A stretch of DNA of 34,992 nt, from positions 765-35,756 of the forward strand of contig DYDD01000004.1 of NCBI GenBank assembly GCA_020718045.1, written 5' to 3'. The stretch's first letter is position 1; every line of letters starts with the position of its first letter. The notes under the pieces were generated by a model, which was not told the origin of the DNA, did no database searches, and saw only the letters and a program-made list of their open reading frames with translations. The translations under genes and the position numbers were made by a program. The DNA is from Fibrobacter sp. (lineage in GTDB: Bacteria > Krumholzibacteriota > Krumholzibacteriia > LZORAL124-64-63). Of this stretch, positions 1 through 10,743 are shown one piece after another.

Positions 1-2
1 AG

Positions 3-533
3 GTGCAGCTCACGATCCAGAGCGTCGTGGTGCGGCGCTTCCCCGCCGAGATGCGGGTCGGCCTGCCGGCCGGGCATCCCGAGACCTGGCCCGCCACGGT
101 CTTCAAGCTCCACTCGGGCCTGCCGGAGTTCGAGCGCCCCGTGATCCGCCCGCCCGACAAGCCGGTCGTCGACACGCGGACCACCGGGCCGGCGGCGCCC
201 GCGGTGCCCGACACCGGCGCCTCGGCGAAGAAGTCCCCCGACGACCTGCTGGACGAGCGCAACCGCGCGCTGGCCGGCGTGCCCACGGTCTACGTCCTGC
301 ACTTCGATCCCGGGCTGGACCTCCTGGTGCGCGGCGAAGCCGAGGCCAAGGGGTTCTCCGGGCGGTGGAAGAAGGCCTGGGCCTCCCTGGCCGAGGGCGT
401 CCGGCGAGGCTATGCCAGGCTGACCGGCAAGCCGCGGACCCTGCACATCGTGCTGCAGATGGATCCCGAGGACGCCCGCCGGCTCGGCCTCGCGCTTTCG
501 CCCCAGACGCCGCTGCTGATCCGCGCCGGGTAG
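3..533 (+). CDS. Hypothetical protein, 3' part (probably 5'-truncated by the window edge)
   Basis: Open from the window start, strong GC3 bias, TAG stop just before the RBS (GGAGG) of the next gene; no family motif recognised. Confidence 0.7.
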   Translation: MQLTIQSVVVRRFPAEMRVGLPAGHPETWPATVFKLHSGLPEFERPVIRPPDKPVVDTRTTGPAAPAVPDTGASAKKSPDDLLDERNRALAGVPTVYVLHFDPGLDLLVRGEAEAKGFSGRWKKAWASLAEGVRRGYARLTGKPRTLHIVLQMDPEDARRLGLALSPQTPLLIRAG

Positions 534-567
534 CCCGCGCCCGGACACCCACCTTACGGGAGGTCCG

Positions 568-1470
568 ATGCCACACCTTCGCCGTCCGGCCGTCATGCTC
601 CCGCTTGCACTGCTGGCCTGCGGTTGCGCCCGCGAGGCCGGGCCCGGCCCGCGCGCCCGCGACGGCGCCGTCGCGGTGGAGTTGCTGACGGCCGAGAAGG
701 CCGCCGTTCCCGGCCGCATCCTGACCCTGGGCTGGCGCTTCCGGATCGACGAGGGCTGGCACCTGTACTGGCACGGCGCCAGCGACACGGGCGTGCCGCC
801 GAGCGTCGCGCTGACCCTGCCCGCGGGCTGGGAAGCCGGTCCGCTGCGCTGGCCCGCGCCCTCGCGCCACGTGTCTCCCGGCGACATCCTGGACCACGTC
901 TACGTCGGCGAGGTGGTGCTGCTGCAGACCGTGCGGGTGGCGGCCGACGCGCCGCTGGGCGGCCGCGCCGAGATCCGCGCGCGCCTGGACTGGCTCGCCT
1001 GCTCGCAGAACTGCGCGCCGGGGAGCGCGGAGCTGGTCCTGTCGCTGCACGTGGAGCGCCACGCCGCGCCGACGCCCGACGCGGACGCGATCACCCGGGT
1101 CTACCAGGGGCTGCCGCAGCCGCTGCCGGAGGGGCTCGCGACGGTCGTCCTGTCGGGAGCCGAACTGTCGGTGGCGGTTCCCGGCGCCGAGCGTCTGGAG
1201 TTCTACCCGCTGGATTCCGGCGGGTCCCTTCTGGTCGCACCTTTGGTCGCGCCCCTGGCCGACGCCGCCGCCGACGGCGGTACCCTGCGGTTGCGCCTGC
1301 GCGAGAGGGATGGGCACGTCGGGCCGGTCCGCGGTATCCTGTACGTCCGGAGCGGCGACGGTGCCGCCCGCAGCTACGAAATGAACGTCACGGCGGCCCC
1401 GGTCACCGGCGGCAAGCCGGCCGTAGCCGAGACCAAGCCGTACGGTTGCAGCGTGAAGTACGCCGACTGA
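568..1470 (+). CDS. DsbD N-terminal-domain (disulfide reductase-like) exported protein, possible lipoprotein
   Basis: IDEGWHLYW, G.PPSV...LPAGW...GPLRWPAP and WLACSQNC.PG motifs of DsbD-N; signal peptide with LLAC; RBS GGAGG. Confidence 0.8.
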   Translation: MPHLRRPAVMLPLALLACGCAREAGPGPRARDGAVAVELLTAEKAAVPGRILTLGWRFRIDEGWHLYWHGASDTGVPPSVALTLPAGWEAGPLRWPAPSRHVSPGDILDHVYVGEVVLLQTVRVAADAPLGGRAEIRARLDWLACSQNCAPGSAELVLSLHVERHAAPTPDADAITRVYQGLPQPLPEGLATVVLSGAELSVAVPGAERLEFYPLDSGGSLLVAPLVAPLADAAADGGTLRLRLRERDGHVGPVRGILYVRSGDGAARSYEMNVTAAPVTGGKPAVAETKPYGCSVKYAD

Positions 1471-1485
1471 GCCGAAAGGAATGCC

Positions 1486-2313
1486 GTGAGCGGGGAGACG
1501 GACGGCCGCCGGGGCTGGTGGGGGACGTACGACGTGCCGTCGGGCGGCGGCCTCGTGTGGTCGATCGCCACGCGCCGCACCTGGGTGCGCCGCGCGCCCT
1601 GCGAGTGGCAGATCGCAACGCTCGTCACTCCGCAGGACGGTCCCGACGGCCCCGCCGGCGAGGCGTCGCCGCGCCGGCTCGAGACGGCGGAAGCTCCCGA
1701 CCCCGCCGCCGAGCTGCGCCGGTTCGGCTTCCGCGAATCGCCGGGTACCCTGCGGATCCACCCGGCGCTGGCCGACCGCCCCCTGGTGGTGGATGCCCGC
1801 ACGCCGTTCGCCCTGACCCCGGGCGAGGAGCTCACCCTGTACGTGGGCCAGCCGGTCTGGGCCAGGTTCCTGGTGGGCCCGCCCGAGGTCAGCCTGCTCG
1901 AGTTCCCCATCGTGCGGCCCCACGACACCTGGTTCGGCGCCAACACCCGCGCGGGCGATCTCTGTTACTCTGAAAAGATCGGCGCGCGCATGGACCTGGC
2001 CAACCTGGCGATCCGGCCGCACCGCGCGATCTCGGTCGTGCACATCCAGAACCGGGCCTCGACGCAGCTCGCCCTCGAGAAGCTCGAACTGCCGGCGCCG
2101 AACATGTCCCTGTTCGCCGACGGGCAGGGGCGGCTGTGGACCGAGGCGGTCACGATCGAGCGGCGCGAGGACGGCGAGGAGGCGGCGATCCGCCTCGACC
2201 GCGGCGCGCCGCCCCAGGCCTTGTCGCCGCGCATCGTGGGCGGGCCCCGCGCGGCGCTGGCCCGCGGCGGCCTCGGGCGGGTCTTCGGCGGCGTCTTCGG
2301 CGGGGGGTGGTGA
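1486..2313 (+). CDS. DUF432-like protein
   Basis: PALADRPLVV, DTWFG.NT..G.LCY and LPAPNMSLF..G.LWT motifs; overlaps the downstream mscS start, an arrangement I recall for this family. Confidence 0.65.
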   Translation: MSGETDGRRGWWGTYDVPSGGGLVWSIATRRTWVRRAPCEWQIATLVTPQDGPDGPAGEASPRRLETAEAPDPAAELRRFGFRESPGTLRIHPALADRPLVVDARTPFALTPGEELTLYVGQPVWARFLVGPPEVSLLEFPIVRPHDTWFGANTRAGDLCYSEKIGARMDLANLAIRPHRAISVVHIQNRASTQLALEKLELPAPNMSLFADGQGRLWTEAVTIERREDGEEAAIRLDRGAPPQALSPRIVGGPRAALARGGLGRVFGGVFGGGW

Positions 2314-3173
2314 CCGTGCCGGCGGAATGGAGCCTCGGACTGGAGAAGCTGTTCACGGCCGTGAGCCTGACGGCCGTGCTGCGCACCGTCGTGGTGCTGG
2401 TGGTCGGGCTGGGCCTGGCGCGGCTGCTGAGCGTCGCGGCCGAGAACATCATCGGCCGCCGCACGAGCCCCCAGGGTGCGATGCTGCTGCGCCGCGCCAT
2501 CAACTACGTGTTGGTCTCGCTGGTGATCCTCGGGGCGCTCAACAGCCTGGGCATCGAGCTGGGCTTCCTGCTCGGCGCCGCCGGCGTGCTGACCGTCGCG
2601 CTGGGCTTCGCCTCGCAGACCTCCGCGTCGAACCTGATCAGCGGCCTGTTCCTGGTCGTGGAGCGCCCCTTCGTGGTGGGCGACGTGATCACCGTCGACG
2701 ATGTGACCGGCGAGGTGCTGACCATCGACATGCTGTCGACCAAGCTGAGGACCTTCGACAACCTCTACGTGCGGATGCCCAACGAGACGATCATCAAGTC
2801 GCGGGTCACCAACCTGACGCACTTCCCGATCCGCCGCATCGACCTGCGCCTGGGCGTGTCGTACCGCGAAGACCTCGCCCGCGTGCGCAAGGTGCTGGAC
2901 GCCGTGGCCGCGGCCAACCCGCTCTGCCTCGACGACCCGCAGCCGCTGTTCCTCGTGCAGGGCTTCGGCGACTCCGCCCAGCAGTTCCAGTACTCGGTGT
3001 GGGCGACGCGCGACAACTACCTGGAGCTGCGCAACTCGATCCAGATGCAGATCAAGGCGGCCTTCGACCGCGAGGGCATCGAGATCCCGTTCCCGCACCG
3101 CACGCTGCGCCTCGAGGGCGCGACGCTGCCGGTGCACGTGATCGAGGACGGTCGCGACGGCGGCGACTCGTGA
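2310..3173 (+). CDS. mscS: Small-conductance mechanosensitive channel (MscS family)
   Basis: GAAGVLTVALGFASQ..SNLISG, RPF.VGD.I, PNE...N.T and GIEIPFP motifs; GTGA overlap with the upstream stop. Confidence 0.92.
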   Translation: MTVPAEWSLGLEKLFTAVSLTAVLRTVVVLVVGLGLARLLSVAAENIIGRRTSPQGAMLLRRAINYVLVSLVILGALNSLGIELGFLLGAAGVLTVALGFASQTSASNLISGLFLVVERPFVVGDVITVDDVTGEVLTIDMLSTKLRTFDNLYVRMPNETIIKSRVTNLTHFPIRRIDLRLGVSYREDLARVRKVLDAVAAANPLCLDDPQPLFLVQGFGDSAQQFQYSVWATRDNYLELRNSIQMQIKAAFDREGIEIPFPHRTLRLEGATLPVHVIEDGRDGGDS

Positions 3174-4864
3174 GCGACGCCGGCGGGAGATCGCGGGGGA
3201 TCGCGCTGCCGCTGGCGCTGGGGCTCGTGACAATCGGCCTCGGGCTGCCCGCCATGCGGATCTTCTTCAGTCTCGACGACCATCTCTTCCTGGAAAGAGC
3301 CGCCGGACTCGTACCATGGGACGAAGGATTCCGGCGCCTGCTGTCCGTCCGGGCCTTCTTCATCGCAGCCTGGCGCCTCTTCGGAGACAACGCGGTCGGT
3401 TACCACCTGACGATCATGTCGATCCACGCCCTGAACGGTTGGCTGGTGACCCGCGTCGCGCGGCGGCTGGGCCTCGGCGACGCCGCGGCCGCCGCCGCCG
3501 GCCTCGCCTTCGTCGCCGCACCGGCCGCGTTCACCGTCCTGCATTGGATCAGCTGCGTCCAGGAGGCGCTGCTGGCCTGCGGGGCTCTTCTCGCGACGCT
3601 GCTGGTGCTGGAGGGACGGGTTCCCGTCGCCTTCGGCGCTTTCGCGCTCACGCTGCTCTGCAAGGAGTCCGGCGCGTTGCTGCTCCCCGCGCTGGCCCTG
3701 GTCCTGCCGATGCCCCCTCGGCGGCGCCTGCTGCTCGGCGCGGGCGGCGCGGCCCTGGCGACCGCTTTGCTCGTCGTGATGGGGACGTTCGCGCCCCGCC
3801 CCGCAGGCAGCCCCTACGAGACGGCGTTCGGCCTGAACCTCGTCGCGAACCTGTTCACCTACCTTGCCTGGCTGGGACGTCCCTGGGATTGGTTTCCCGA
3901 CCGGGCCGCCGTCCCCGCGCCGCAGATCTGGGCCTGGGGGCTGGTGCCGGTCGCGGCGTCGATCGCGGCCGTATGGGGCAGCCCGACCCGCCGGCGGGTC
4001 CTGCTGCGGGGCGCCCTGGTGTTCCTGGCCTTGCTCTCCCCGGTTCTTCCCCTGGTCCGTCACAGCTATTCCTATTATCTCTACCTGCCCCTGGTGCCGG
4101 TCTGGATCCTGGCGGCGGCCGCTTTGGGCCGGGCGTCCGGACGGCTCCGTCGCGCGGTGTGGGCCCTGCCGATCTTCATGATCCTGCTGTCCGGGTGGCA
4201 AGGTCACCAGCGACGTACGGGAACGATCGCGGAAGGCGTGCTCGCCGATCCCGTGCTGCGCTATGCGGCGTCGGCCCGGGGCATGGTGGAGGACCTGCGC
4301 GCCGCGGGGGCGGCGGGCGACCTGCTCATCGTCGGGCCGCCGGCGTCCGGAGCGGTCGATCTGATCGACGAAGACGAGATCGAGGGCGACGTTCAGAGGG
4401 AGGTCTTCCTGCTGGCGGGTCGGGCGCTCGATGACGGCCGCAGCGTGCCCGTATTCCTGCCGCGGGTGACTTCGGCCGCCCTGGTCGTCGACATCGGCGA
4501 CGACACGGTCTGGCGGGACCGCAAGTTGTACCTGACACGAGGCGAGGGTCGCCTGCACTATCTCGGCGACGGAGCGGACGGGCGGCGGAAGCTGGCCGCC
4601 TACTTCTACCGCACCCGGGACTATCCACGTGCGCGGCGGGAAATCCTCGCGTTGATGGTCCGGGCGCCGAACGATCCTCAACTGATCGGTGAACTTGGTG
4701 CGATCGCCCTGGCCCAGGGGCTGGCTGCGGAGGCGGACAGCATCTTGTCGCGGCTCGACGAACTCGTCCGCCGCGAGGCTGTTCCCGGCGGCGCGGCGGC
4801 TTCCAGGAACGACTTGGCGCGGTGGATCCAAGAGGATCGCAGCCGCCTGTCCGGAGTGCATTGA
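3170..4864 (+). CDS. Polytopic GT-C-fold glycosyltransferase-like membrane protein (TMTC/ArnT-like) with C-terminal TPR-like helices
   Basis: DD after the first TM, YHL...H.LN..LV, WIS..E and LLCKES motifs; many TM helices; GTGA overlap. Confidence 0.6.
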   Translation: MSDAGGRSRGIALPLALGLVTIGLGLPAMRIFFSLDDHLFLERAAGLVPWDEGFRRLLSVRAFFIAAWRLFGDNAVGYHLTIMSIHALNGWLVTRVARRLGLGDAAAAAAGLAFVAAPAAFTVLHWISCVQEALLACGALLATLLVLEGRVPVAFGAFALTLLCKESGALLLPALALVLPMPPRRRLLLGAGGAALATALLVVMGTFAPRPAGSPYETAFGLNLVANLFTYLAWLGRPWDWFPDRAAVPAPQIWAWGLVPVAASIAAVWGSPTRRRVLLRGALVFLALLSPVLPLVRHSYSYYLYLPLVPVWILAAAALGRASGRLRRAVWALPIFMILLSGWQGHQRRTGTIAEGVLADPVLRYAASARGMVEDLRAAGAAGDLLIVGPPASGAVDLIDEDEIEGDVQREVFLLAGRALDDGRSVPVFLPRVTSAALVVDIGDDTVWRDRKLYLTRGEGRLHYLGDGADGRRKLAAYFYRTRDYPRARREILALMVRAPNDPQLIGELGAIALAQGLAAEADSILSRLDELVRREAVPGGAAASRNDLARWIQEDRSRLSGVH

Positions 4865-4948
4865 CCGGTCGGCGGGGTTTCGAGGATCATCAGGGACCGC
4901 CGAGCGGGCGGCGGCGCGTCTCCGTCGTGCGTTGCATTGGGAGGCAGC

Positions 4949-5608
4949 ATGGGCTTCGTCAAGATCAGGACCCGGTTGGGATTACTCATCCTCACGTTGC
5001 TGGCGTCGTCGGCTCCGTCGGCCGTCGCGGGCGGCCACGGCCCCGAGGTGCTGCTGGAGGCGGGAGCGGTGGCGCCCCTCGGTGATCTCGGCGACGATTA
5101 CGAGGAACCGCTCGGCTTCGGCGCCGGTCTCGGGTACCAGGTCGGCTTCCGCTTCAGCCTGCCGGTCGCGTCGCGCTGGTCCGTCGCCCCCTGCTTCCAC
5201 TACGTGAAGCCGCGATCCCGAACCGGGACCGACGCGACGCTCGGCGAGATCGAGACGGCCACCTCGATGTACCGCTACGGCATCGACGCGCGGTACGCCC
5301 TGCCGTCGCGCCCGGGCGCGGTGCGCCTGTTCCTGACCGGCGGCCTCGCCGTGGTGCGCGACCGGCTGCGCGAACGGGACGGCGAGGGCCAGTTCTTCGC
5401 CGAGAGCTGCAACGCCGTCGCCGTGGCCGCCGGCGTCGGCTTGCGCCTGGACCTGCTGGAGGTCACGTTCCAGTACGAGGCGAACCGGTTCACCACGAAC
5501 CGCTTCTGGTCGCCGCGGGACACCGGGTACGACTGGGACACGATCTCGATACGGGTGGGCGTCGCGCTGCCGCGGTCGTTCGGGGTTCCCATCCAGCGCG
5601 CCCAGTAG
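4949..5608 (+). CDS. Outer-membrane beta-barrel protein (OmpA-like TM domain)
   Basis: Signal peptide, alternating hydrophobic/aromatic beta-strands with Gly/Tyr, about 220 aa. Confidence 0.65.
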   Translation: MGFVKIRTRLGLLILTLLASSAPSAVAGGHGPEVLLEAGAVAPLGDLGDDYEEPLGFGAGLGYQVGFRFSLPVASRWSVAPCFHYVKPRSRTGTDATLGEIETATSMYRYGIDARYALPSRPGAVRLFLTGGLAVVRDRLRERDGEGQFFAESCNAVAVAAGVGLRLDLLEVTFQYEANRFTTNRFWSPRDTGYDWDTISIRVGVALPRSFGVPIQRAQ

Positions 5609-5633
5609 CCGGACCGCTGCGGGACGACATGCG

Positions 5634-5661
5634 GAAGGCGCCGCCCAATGGCGGCGCCTTC
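5634..5661. terminator. Hairpin between convergent genes, probable bidirectional terminator
   Basis: Perfect 12-bp stem GAAGGCGCCGCC-CAAT-GGCGGCGCCTTC; weak U-tracts. Confidence 0.65.
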
Positions 5662-5687
5662 GCTGTCCCTGCTGACCGGGGTGGCCC

Positions 5688-6047
5688 CTAGAAGACCGCG
5701 ATGGGCCGGCCCGGCTGGCCGGGCGCGCCGAGGGTCGGCGTGTACGGCTCGGAGGAGACGGACCAGGGCCCCTGGCGGCTGAGGGCGTCGACGCCCGCCA
5801 CGCGGACGCTGTGCTCCACGTCGTAGGCGGCCGTCAGGATGTACGTCGTCGCCTGCAGGTTGTCGCTGACCGTGGTCCAGGCGGCGCCGTCGGCGGAATG
5901 CTGCACCACGTAGTGGTGCACCACGGAACCGGTGGTCGGGGCGGTCCAGGTGTAGGTCACGCTTTCCTGGGCGAGGGCCGTGCCGGCGACGAGGAGACCC
6001 GAGGCGATCAGCACGGCCAGGAGGAGTACGCGTTGTCCTTGCTTCAT
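5688..6047 (-). CDS. Small secreted fibronectin type III domain protein
   Basis: Signal peptide ending ALA; TWTAP...Y.VQ...W...Y...VRVAGV...G.WS..S FN3 pattern; RBS GAGGCGGAG before ATG 6047. Confidence 0.75.
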   Translation of the reverse strand: MKQGQRVLLLAVLIASGLLVAGTALAQESVTYTWTAPTTGSVVHHYVVQHSADGAAWTTVSDNLQATTYILTAAYDVEHSVRVAGVDALSRQGPWSVSSEPYTPTLGAPGQPGRPIAVF

Positions 6048-6454
6048 CTTGATCTCCGCCTCTTGATCGATGGGCCCGGGGGCCCGGTGCGCCGCCCGCG
6101 TGGGCGGTCTGGGTTGCGATTCCGGGGGGTCGATTGCAAGGTCGGTGCCAGTTCGGCCGGCAGGGCCGGACACGACAGACCGGCGGTGACGGCGCGCTCC
6201 CATTGCCCCGGTGGCCTTCATCCTGCGCGCTGTCCGGGGAACAGGTCGCGGGATTTCGGGTCGCGGGCGGCCGGTGACGGGATCCCGTCTCTTCCGCGCA
6301 TATTGCGAAAGGGTTGCCCGCGCTCCTTATTATCGCTCACAATGCGAACCGGCGGCGGCGGCGGGGACCGGGCGAAACCGGAGCCGCGGCATGGCGGTTC
6401 GACTTCGACCTGAATGTCGGGTAACGGGACGCCCGGTGCAAAGGAGAATCTGCG

Positions 6455-6997
6455 ATGAATCCGCAAGTGCTTGCGCTGTGGCCGGAACTGGAATGGATCC
6501 GCGACGTGGAACTGCGCGAGCAGACCGCCCGGACCTGGGAAGCGGCCCTTCAGGAGAGCCCGCTGGAGGCCGCCGACCTCGAGCGCATCCCCTTCACCTT
6601 GCTGGTTCCGGGGCTGAAGGTCAGCTTCATGGCGCACAAGCGGTGCGTGGTCCACGTGGCCCGCGACGCGGCGTTGAAAATGAATGAATTCTTCGGCGAC
6701 GAGCTGCGCTGCGACGTCGACACGGTCATCGCCGGCGCCATCCTCGCCGACGTGGGCAAGCTGCTCGAGTACACCAGGAACGCCGACGGGACGACGGGCA
6801 CCAGCGACTGCGGCAAGTACCTGCGCCACCCGTTCACCGGCGTGGCTCTGGCGAGGAAGTGCGGCGTGCCGGATCGGGTCTGCCACATCATCGCGGCGCA
6901 CGCAGGCGAGGGGGACCTGGTCAAGCGGACGGTGGAGGCGTACGTCGTCCACCATGCAGACTTCATGACCTTCCTGCCGTTCAAGCACAAGTTCTAG
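6455..6997 (+). CDS. HD/HDIG-superfamily metal-dependent phosphohydrolase
   Basis: H...V, GAILADVGK, RHP..G, HII.AH and HHAD motifs; RBS AAGGAG. Confidence 0.8.
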   Translation: MNPQVLALWPELEWIRDVELREQTARTWEAALQESPLEAADLERIPFTLLVPGLKVSFMAHKRCVVHVARDAALKMNEFFGDELRCDVDTVIAGAILADVGKLLEYTRNADGTTGTSDCGKYLRHPFTGVALARKCGVPDRVCHIIAAHAGEGDLVKRTVEAYVVHHADFMTFLPFKHKF

Positions 6998-7028
6998 CAG
7001 CGCGCGGAACGTCCGCCGAAGGAGCCAC

Positions 7029-8480
7029 ATGTCCGATCGAGTCGCGCGCCGCCGGTTCGTCCCGGTCGCTTGCCTACTGGCCGTCGCGGCGACGCTGCTG
7101 CCCGGGTGCCAGGGAAGCGCGAAGCAACCGAACATCCTGATCGTCGTGCTGGACACCGTGCGCCGCGACGCCGCCGGCTGGCCGACCGCCGCCACGCCCC
7201 CGGAGCTGACCGGCGCCGTCCTGACGCCGAACGTGGCCGCGCTGGCCCGCCGCGGCGTCGCCTGGAGCAACGCCTGGTCCGCCGCGCCGTGGACGGTGCC
7301 GTCGCACGCCTCCCTGTTCACGGGGCTGCTGCCGTCGGGCCACGGCTGCAACGGCCTGCGGCCGCGACTGAAGGCGGACCTGCCCACCCTGGCGGGTCGG
7401 CTCGGCGACGCCGGCTACGAGACGGCGGCCTTCTTCAGCAACCCCTGGCTGGCCGACCGCTCCTCCTGGCTGCTGAGGGGCTTCCAGCTGCGCCAGGAGG
7501 CCTCCATCGGCGGGCTGACGCGCATGATGGTGGGGGAGTCGGCGCACGACCAGGGCGGCGCGGCCTCCGTGGCCGGCTTCCGCAAGTGGCTGCTCGGCCG
7601 CGAGCCCGGCCGGCCCTTCCTGGCCTTCGTGAACATCCTGGAGGCGCACCTGCCGTACGCGCCGCTGCCGGCCGACCTCGCCGTGGCCGCGCCGGGCCGG
7701 GAGGCGGGCGGGGGCGTCCCCATCGGCTGGGGCCACGAGTACAATGCGGGCCTGCGTGACGACGCCGTCGTGGACTGGTCGCTCGTGCGGGCCTGCTACG
7801 CCGGCGACGTGGTGGCAGCCGACCGGCTGTTCGGCTTGATCCTGAACGCACTGCGGGAAGCCGGGCTCGACGGGGAGACCGTCGTGGTGGTGACCTCGGA
7901 CCACGGCGAGAACCTCGGCGATCATCGGCTCTTCGAGCACCAGTTCTCGGTCCACGAGACCCTGCTGGCCGTGCCGCTGGCGATCGCGGGCCCGGGCATC
8001 GACTCCGGCGGCGCCGTGCGCGACGAGCCCGTGATGCTGACCGACCTGTTCGCCACCATCCTGGACCTGGCCGGTTTGCCCGACGAGTCGGCGCCGCCGG
8101 GCAGCCGCTCCCTGTTCGGCGCCGCCGCCGCGGACGACCGGCCGCTGGTCGGCGAGTACGAGGGGCCGAGCCCGGGGCTGGTGAGCATGCTCGAGGGGAT
8201 CAACCCGCACCTGGACGCCGCGCGCCTGCGACCCGCGCGCCGGACCGTGCGCGCCGGCGACCTGCGCCTGTCCTGGGCGTCGGACGGCTCGTTCGCGCTG
8301 CACGACATGGCGTCCGACCCGGCGCAGGCGCGGGATCTGGCACCCGCGCGCCCCGGCGACGTGGAGCGCCTGCGGATCCTGTTGGACGCCCTGTCGGGCG
8401 CCGCCCCCGGTACGGTCCCGGCCGGGAAGCTGGACGAGGCGACGCGGCGGCAGCTCGAATCGCTGGGCTACGTCCACTGA
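7029..8480 (+). CDS. Sulfatase-like hydrolase/transferase (alkaline phosphatase superfamily), probable lipoprotein
   Basis: PNILIVVLDT.R.D, PWT.PSHASLFTG, H.PY, TSDHGE and L..LGY motifs; lipobox LPGC. Confidence 0.88.
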   Translation: MSDRVARRRFVPVACLLAVAATLLPGCQGSAKQPNILIVVLDTVRRDAAGWPTAATPPELTGAVLTPNVAALARRGVAWSNAWSAAPWTVPSHASLFTGLLPSGHGCNGLRPRLKADLPTLAGRLGDAGYETAAFFSNPWLADRSSWLLRGFQLRQEASIGGLTRMMVGESAHDQGGAASVAGFRKWLLGREPGRPFLAFVNILEAHLPYAPLPADLAVAAPGREAGGGVPIGWGHEYNAGLRDDAVVDWSLVRACYAGDVVAADRLFGLILNALREAGLDGETVVVVTSDHGENLGDHRLFEHQFSVHETLLAVPLAIAGPGIDSGGAVRDEPVMLTDLFATILDLAGLPDESAPPGSRSLFGAAAADDRPLVGEYEGPSPGLVSMLEGINPHLDAARLRPARRTVRAGDLRLSWASDGSFALHDMASDPAQARDLAPARPGDVERLRILLDALSGAAPGTVPAGKLDEATRRQLESLGYVH

Positions 8481-8504
8481 CAGGAGCGCCCGCGTTTTTT
8501 CCCG

Positions 8505-8533
8505 TTGACACGCGCCGAATGTGCTTTATTTAA
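8505..8533 (+). promoter_or_regulatory. Possible sigma70 promoter of the ferredoxin gene
   Basis: Perfect TTGACA at 8505-8510 followed by AT-rich TTTATTTAAA in a GC-rich background; the -10 match is imperfect. Confidence 0.4.
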
Positions 8534-8610
8534 AGCAGGGGTTTTCACGGACACGGTCCGGGGCTCGCGCTCCGGCGATTTGCGGAGTCATCGAGCCGGA
8601 GGAACTGAAC

Positions 8611-8841
8611 ATGGCCGATCCTACCGACAAGGTCGGGAGCAACATCGAGGGCACCTGGTACGTCGACAGCAACTGCATCGACTGCGATCTCTGCCGGCAG
8701 ACCGCCCCCGACAACTTCGAACGCAACGAGGACGAAGGCTACAGCTTCGTCTATAAGCAGCCCGAGTCGCCCGAGGAGGAGGAGCTCTGCCGGGAAGCCC
8801 TGGAGGAGTGCCCCGTCGAGGCGATCGGCGACGACGGCTAG
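8611..8841 (+). CDS. Acidic single-cluster [4Fe-4S] ferredoxin
   Basis: CIDCDLC...CPVEAI; RBS GGAGG; 76 aa. Confidence 0.92.
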   Translation: MADPTDKVGSNIEGTWYVDSNCIDCDLCRQTAPDNFERNEDEGYSFVYKQPESPEEEELCREALEECPVEAIGDDG

Positions 8842-8867
8842 CCGAACCCTCGCCAGCGATCCGATCC

Positions 8868-8895
8868 GGGCCCGGTCGCCGTACCGGGCCCTTTT
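8868..8895 (+). terminator. Rho-independent terminator
   Basis: GGGCCCGGT-CGCCGT-ACCGGGCCC followed by TTTT. Confidence 0.8.
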
Positions 8896-9027
8896 ACCTA
8901 TGCTGGAGCCTCGCGCCGGCGGCCGGCCGCCGGTGCGGGAGCCCGGGAACCGGCGGTCCGGCGAGGCGTAGAAGCGCCCGGCACCGATGCCGGCAACCCC
9001 TGAATCCGCTTCCGGAAAGGCAACGTC

Positions 9028-10509
<1,482 letters not shown>

Positions 10510-10626
10510 CGTCGGACCGCGGCGGACGGGGAGATGCGGGGCCGGAGGGATCCGGCCCCGCTTTGCGACGGGGAGCGGCGTGAAGGCTTTCTACCGGTAG
10601 GTGCCCCCCTTCCCCGGGTGGCGTCG

Positions 10627-10660
10627 GGCGCCGGCTCTCCCGCAGGGCCGGCGCCTTCGT
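10627..10660 (+). terminator. Possible terminator hairpin downstream of degQ
   Basis: 12-bp stem (one G-U) GGCGCCGGCTCT/AGGGCCGGCGCC followed by a weak TTCGTT tail. Confidence 0.4.
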
Positions 10661-10743
10661 TCGCCCCGCGGCGGGAAAACTGTTTCCGTGGCGAGGCGGC
10701 GTCCGTATCATGGCCCGATCGGTCCGAACGAGAGGGGGTGGTC

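Noticed and set aside
6345-6437. Riboswitch-like alternative stems upstream of the HD gene (ACCGGGCG/CGCCCGGT; CGAACCG/CGGTTCG)
   Set aside because: 7-8-bp GC-rich pairings are expected by chance and no known aptamer consensus was recognised
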